Shown here: piece after piece, positions 29,610 through 32,000 of the stretch
How the letters are laid out: the number at the start of each line of letters is the position of its first letter
Position numbering within the stretch: the first letter of the stretch is position 1
Assembly (NCBI RefSeq): GCF_000829315.1
Contig: NZ_AP013028.1
Coordinates: 510,001-542,000, forward strand
Length of the DNA: 32,000 nt
DNA from: Wolbachia endosymbiont of Cimex lectularius
Lineage (GTDB): Bacteria > Pseudomonadota > Alphaproteobacteria > Rickettsiales > Anaplasmataceae
Direction of reading: 5' to 3'
Notes under the pieces: generated by a model
What the model was told of the DNA's origin: nothing
What the model saw: only the letters and a program-made list of their open reading frames with translations
The model's database searches: none
Program-made: the position numbers and the translations under genes

Positions 29610-30182
29610 CTACTCCTTTATATTTACTTTTGTAGCTTTACCTTCCCAAGGGGATAAACTATCAAACATCCGAAAATCCTGCGGCAAATCTATAGGATTG
29701 TACACAACTTTTTTTGCTTCTATATCATACCTAACTTCCTCATAGCCAGTGAGAGGAAAATCTTTCAACATTGGATAGCCTTTGAATCCATAATCCGTTA
29801 GGATCCTACGCAAATCGGGGTGATCAGAGAATTCTATTCCATACATATCGAACACCTCGCGCTCAAACCATGAAGCTGTGCTGAATATATTCGCTACACT
29901 TGGAGGCATATCACTTTCGTATAACTGAAGCTTTATATGTACCCTGATGTTATGTACAATGCTGAGCAAGTTATAAACGAGCTCAAAACGTTTTTCTCTA
30001 TCTGGATAATCAACTCCAAAAATATCAACTAATAGTTCAAACCTGCATTTCTCATCATCACGTAGAAAGAGTAAGTGATTTTCAATATCATCTAAAGCTG
30101 AATACATTACAATAGTACCATCACCTTGCTGAATGCACTTACATTTAGTCTTTTTTTGTATATGTTTTACAGTTTTATCCAT
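29610..30182 (-). CDS. nuoC: NADH-quinone oxidoreductase subunit C
   Basis: FELVYNLLS..., [42 protein letters not shown] is the NuoC (30-kDa subunit) signature. Confidence 0.93.
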   Translation of the reverse strand: MDKTVKHIQKKTKCKCIQQGDGTIVMYSALDDIENHLLFLRDDEKCRFELLVDIFGVDYPDREKRFELVYNLLSIVHNIRVHIKLQLYESDMPPSVANIFSTASWFEREVFDMYGIEFSDHPDLRRILTDYGFKGYPMLKDFPLTGYEEVRYDIEAKKVVYNPIDLPQDFRMFDSLSPWEGKATKVNIKE

Positions 30183-30690
30183 GTTGTATATTCTGAGTTC
30201 GTTTTATTTTATTTTGTAAGCATAGCATTCCATATAACAACGCCTCAGCGGTTGGTGGGCATCCAGGAACATACACATCAACTGGTACAATTCTATCACA
30301 ACCACGGACTACTGAGTAGGAGTAATGATAATAACCACCACCATTTGCGCAACTGCCCATGGATACAACATACTTCGGATCTGCCATTTGGTCGTAAACC
30401 TTACGCAACGCCGCTGCCATTTTGTTAGTTAGTGTACCGGCAACAATCATAACGTCCGCTTGCCTTGGACTTGCACGAAACATTATACCATATCTATCAA
30501 GATCGTAACGACTGGATGCAGTGTGCATCATCTCCACTGCACAACATGCAAGACCAAATGTCATTGGCCACAATGAACCAGATCTTGCCCAATTCATTAT
30601 ATAATCTATTAAATCACCAAATTTAGTGACAAGAAACCCTTCTTTCTTATAACGACCCCAATCATCATTAGATAGAATTTGACCCGTCAT
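30175..30690 (-). CDS. nuoB: NADH-quinone oxidoreductase subunit B
   Basis: [34 protein letters not shown] and VPGCPP are the N2 cluster ligand motifs of NuoB. The gene overlaps nuoC by 8 nt. Confidence 0.95.
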   Translation of the reverse strand: MTGQILSNDDWGRYKKEGFLVTKFGDLIDYIMNWARSGSLWPMTFGLACCAVEMMHTASSRYDLDRYGIMFRASPRQADVMIVAGTLTNKMAAALRKVYDQMADPKYVVSMGSCANGGGYYHYSYSVVRGCDRIVPVDVYVPGCPPTAEALLYGMLCLQNKIKRTQNIQHG

Positions 30691-30694
30691 AAAC

Positions 30695-31048
30695 TTACTC
30701 CCATTCTAACGCACCTTTACACCATTCATAGATAAAGCCTATAGTGAGTATTGCAAGAAATATCATCATAGACCAAAATCCACAATAACTTATTTTAGAT
30801 AAAGAAACAGCCCAAGGAAAAAGAAAAGCAATTTCTAAGTCAAATATTATAAATAATATTGAAACTAAGTAAAACTTAATGTCAAAATTTTTTCTTGCTC
30901 TTGATAGAGGATTGAAGCCGCACTCATATGTTGAAAGTTTTTCGCTATCAGGATTGCTCACTGCAAGAAACATCGGCAATACGCCCAGGGTAAGAGATAC
31001 TATGATTGATACGCAGATAAAAATTACTATGGTTAAATATTCACTCAT
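30695..31048 (-). CDS. nuoA: NADH-quinone oxidoreductase subunit A
   Basis: A 117-aa three-helix membrane ORF with YECGF.P and [14 protein letters not shown] motifs. Confidence 0.92.
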   Translation of the reverse strand: MSEYLTIVIFICVSIIVSLTLGVLPMFLAVSNPDSEKLSTYECGFNPLSRARKNFDIKFYLVSILFIIFDLEIAFLFPWAVSLSKISYCGFWSMMIFLAILTIGFIYEWCKGALEWE

Positions 31049-31073
31049 TTAACAAAATATATAGAAAGCAACA

Positions 31074-31442
31074 CTACAAACTTACATGCTTTCCTAATCT
31101 TTTGCCACCTAAAATATGCATGTGAAAGTGTGGTATAACTTGTTCTCCATTTTCACCGTAGTTAGTAACTAATCTGTACCCTGTTTTTTCTAGATTATAC
31201 TTATGTGTTATCTCTCTTACAGTTTTAAAGAAACTTACTATCTCCTCTGCAGAGGCTTTTAGAATAAAGTCGTCATATGAAATATATTGACTTTTTGGTA
31301 CAACTAAAATATGAACTGGTGCGTCAGGATATTTATCATAAAACGCCAACACACCCTCATTTTCATGCACCTTCTCACAAGGCAGCTCACCCCTTAATAT
31401 CTGAGCAAAAATGTTACCATCATCGTAATTGTCATTGTGCAT
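31074..31442 (-). CDS. HIT-family (histidine triad) nucleotide hydrolase
   Basis: IFAQILRGELP at the N-terminus and the histidine triad HFHMHILGG near the C-terminus. Confidence 0.88.
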   Translation of the reverse strand: MHNDNYDDGNIFAQILRGELPCEKVHENEGVLAFYDKYPDAPVHILVVPKSQYISYDDFILKASAEEIVSFFKTVREITHKYNLEKTGYRLVTNYGENGEQVIPHFHMHILGGKRLGKHVSL

Positions 31443-31445
31443 ATT

Positions 31446-32000
31446 TTAAAAGCGAAGTTTCTCCTCTCTTTTCCCCTCTCCTTTTTCATTTCTTATAGCA
31501 GATGTAAGTGGTGATTCTATCTTTTCACCAGGGGGGACGTCCTTGAAATTAACAGCACCCTCCAATCCTTCTGCTTGCTCTTTGACATCTTGTAATAACC
31601 GCATACTTTTTATAGGAGATATAGTTTCTTTACCAAAAGGAAAATCGTTAGGATTAGTTATGCCAAAATGCTTTTCATCATCTGTACCTTTAACAGTTTC
31701 TGAAGAATTCATAGTGTTTGATGGCTTTTTAGGTACTGCAGTTTCTGACAATCTGCTATCATATTCCTTATACAATTTTTCCGCAATACCATGTAGCAAT
31801 TTTCGGTCTGTGTGACGTTCCAACTCTCCACCGATGATTCCTGCCAGATCTTTGAGATTGCGATCAACTTCACCATAAATCCCTTTAAGAACAAGCCTTT
31901 TTATCTCTTCTGGGCTCTTTCCTTTGTGTTCAGGATCGTTTTTAATATTGTTGGTAATTTCCTTAACATCAACTTCAATTACAACTTTGTTTTCTTCTTT
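31446..32000 (-). CDS. Hypothetical protein, C-terminal 184 aa (ORF open to the window end)
   Basis: The minus-strand frame is open from 32000 to the stop at 31446 (KEENKVVIEVDVKEITNNIKNDPEHKGKSPEEIKRLVLKGIYGEVDRNLKDLAGIIGGELERHTDRK...). No recognisable family. It lies 3 nt upstream of the HIT gene. Confidence 0.5.
   Translation of the reverse strand, partial: KEENKVVIEVDVKEITNNIKNDPEHKGKSPEEIKRLVLKGIYGEVDRNLKDLAGIIGGELERHTDRKLLHGIAEKLYKEYDSRLSETAVPKKPSNTMNSSETVKGTDDEKHFGITNPNDFPFGKETISPIKSMRLLQDVKEQAEGLEGAVNFKDVPPGEKIESPLTSAIRNEKGEGKREEKLRF

Overview
AT-rich, gene-dense chromosomal segment. The gene content includes a 1,569-aa NAD-glutamate dehydrogenase, scattered nuo genes, a PleD-type REC-REC-GGDEF regulator, ankyrin-repeat proteins, IS5-family elements and short palindromic repeats that also sit inside a CDS. 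This points to a Wolbachia-like Rickettsiales endosymbiont (inference from content only, no search run). Most of the window is housekeeping: gdh, tatB-like, nuoD, surE, ligA, ruvC, cox subunit III, priA, hisS, an Nfu-type Fe-S protein, tyrS, rsfS, rppH, tatD, mdh, nuoC/B/A and a HIT protein. Non-core content follows. (1) Two identical 860-bp IS5-family copies in direct orientation (224-1083, 16736-17595). The first cleanly splits an ankyrin gene. The second joins a 5'-truncated metK remnant to an unrelated orphan gene. (2) A frameshift-split pleD. (3) Tandem TenA-type paralogs, one with a single in-frame TAG. (4) An orphan acidic protein whose two ORFs are separated only by a C9 homopolymer. 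(5) A 23-nt perfect palindromic element in frame within gdh, with relatives in an 850-bp non-coding island. (6) The most interesting signal: a ~260-280-bp repeat in two inverted copies (9469-9726, 24485-24760). Each copy carries a perfect TTGACA-N17-TATAAT promoter that fires into a convergent intergenic gap with no CDS, which makes it a candidate small RNA family. No rRNA, tRNA, CRISPR, prophage or recognisable defence or secretion operon was seen.
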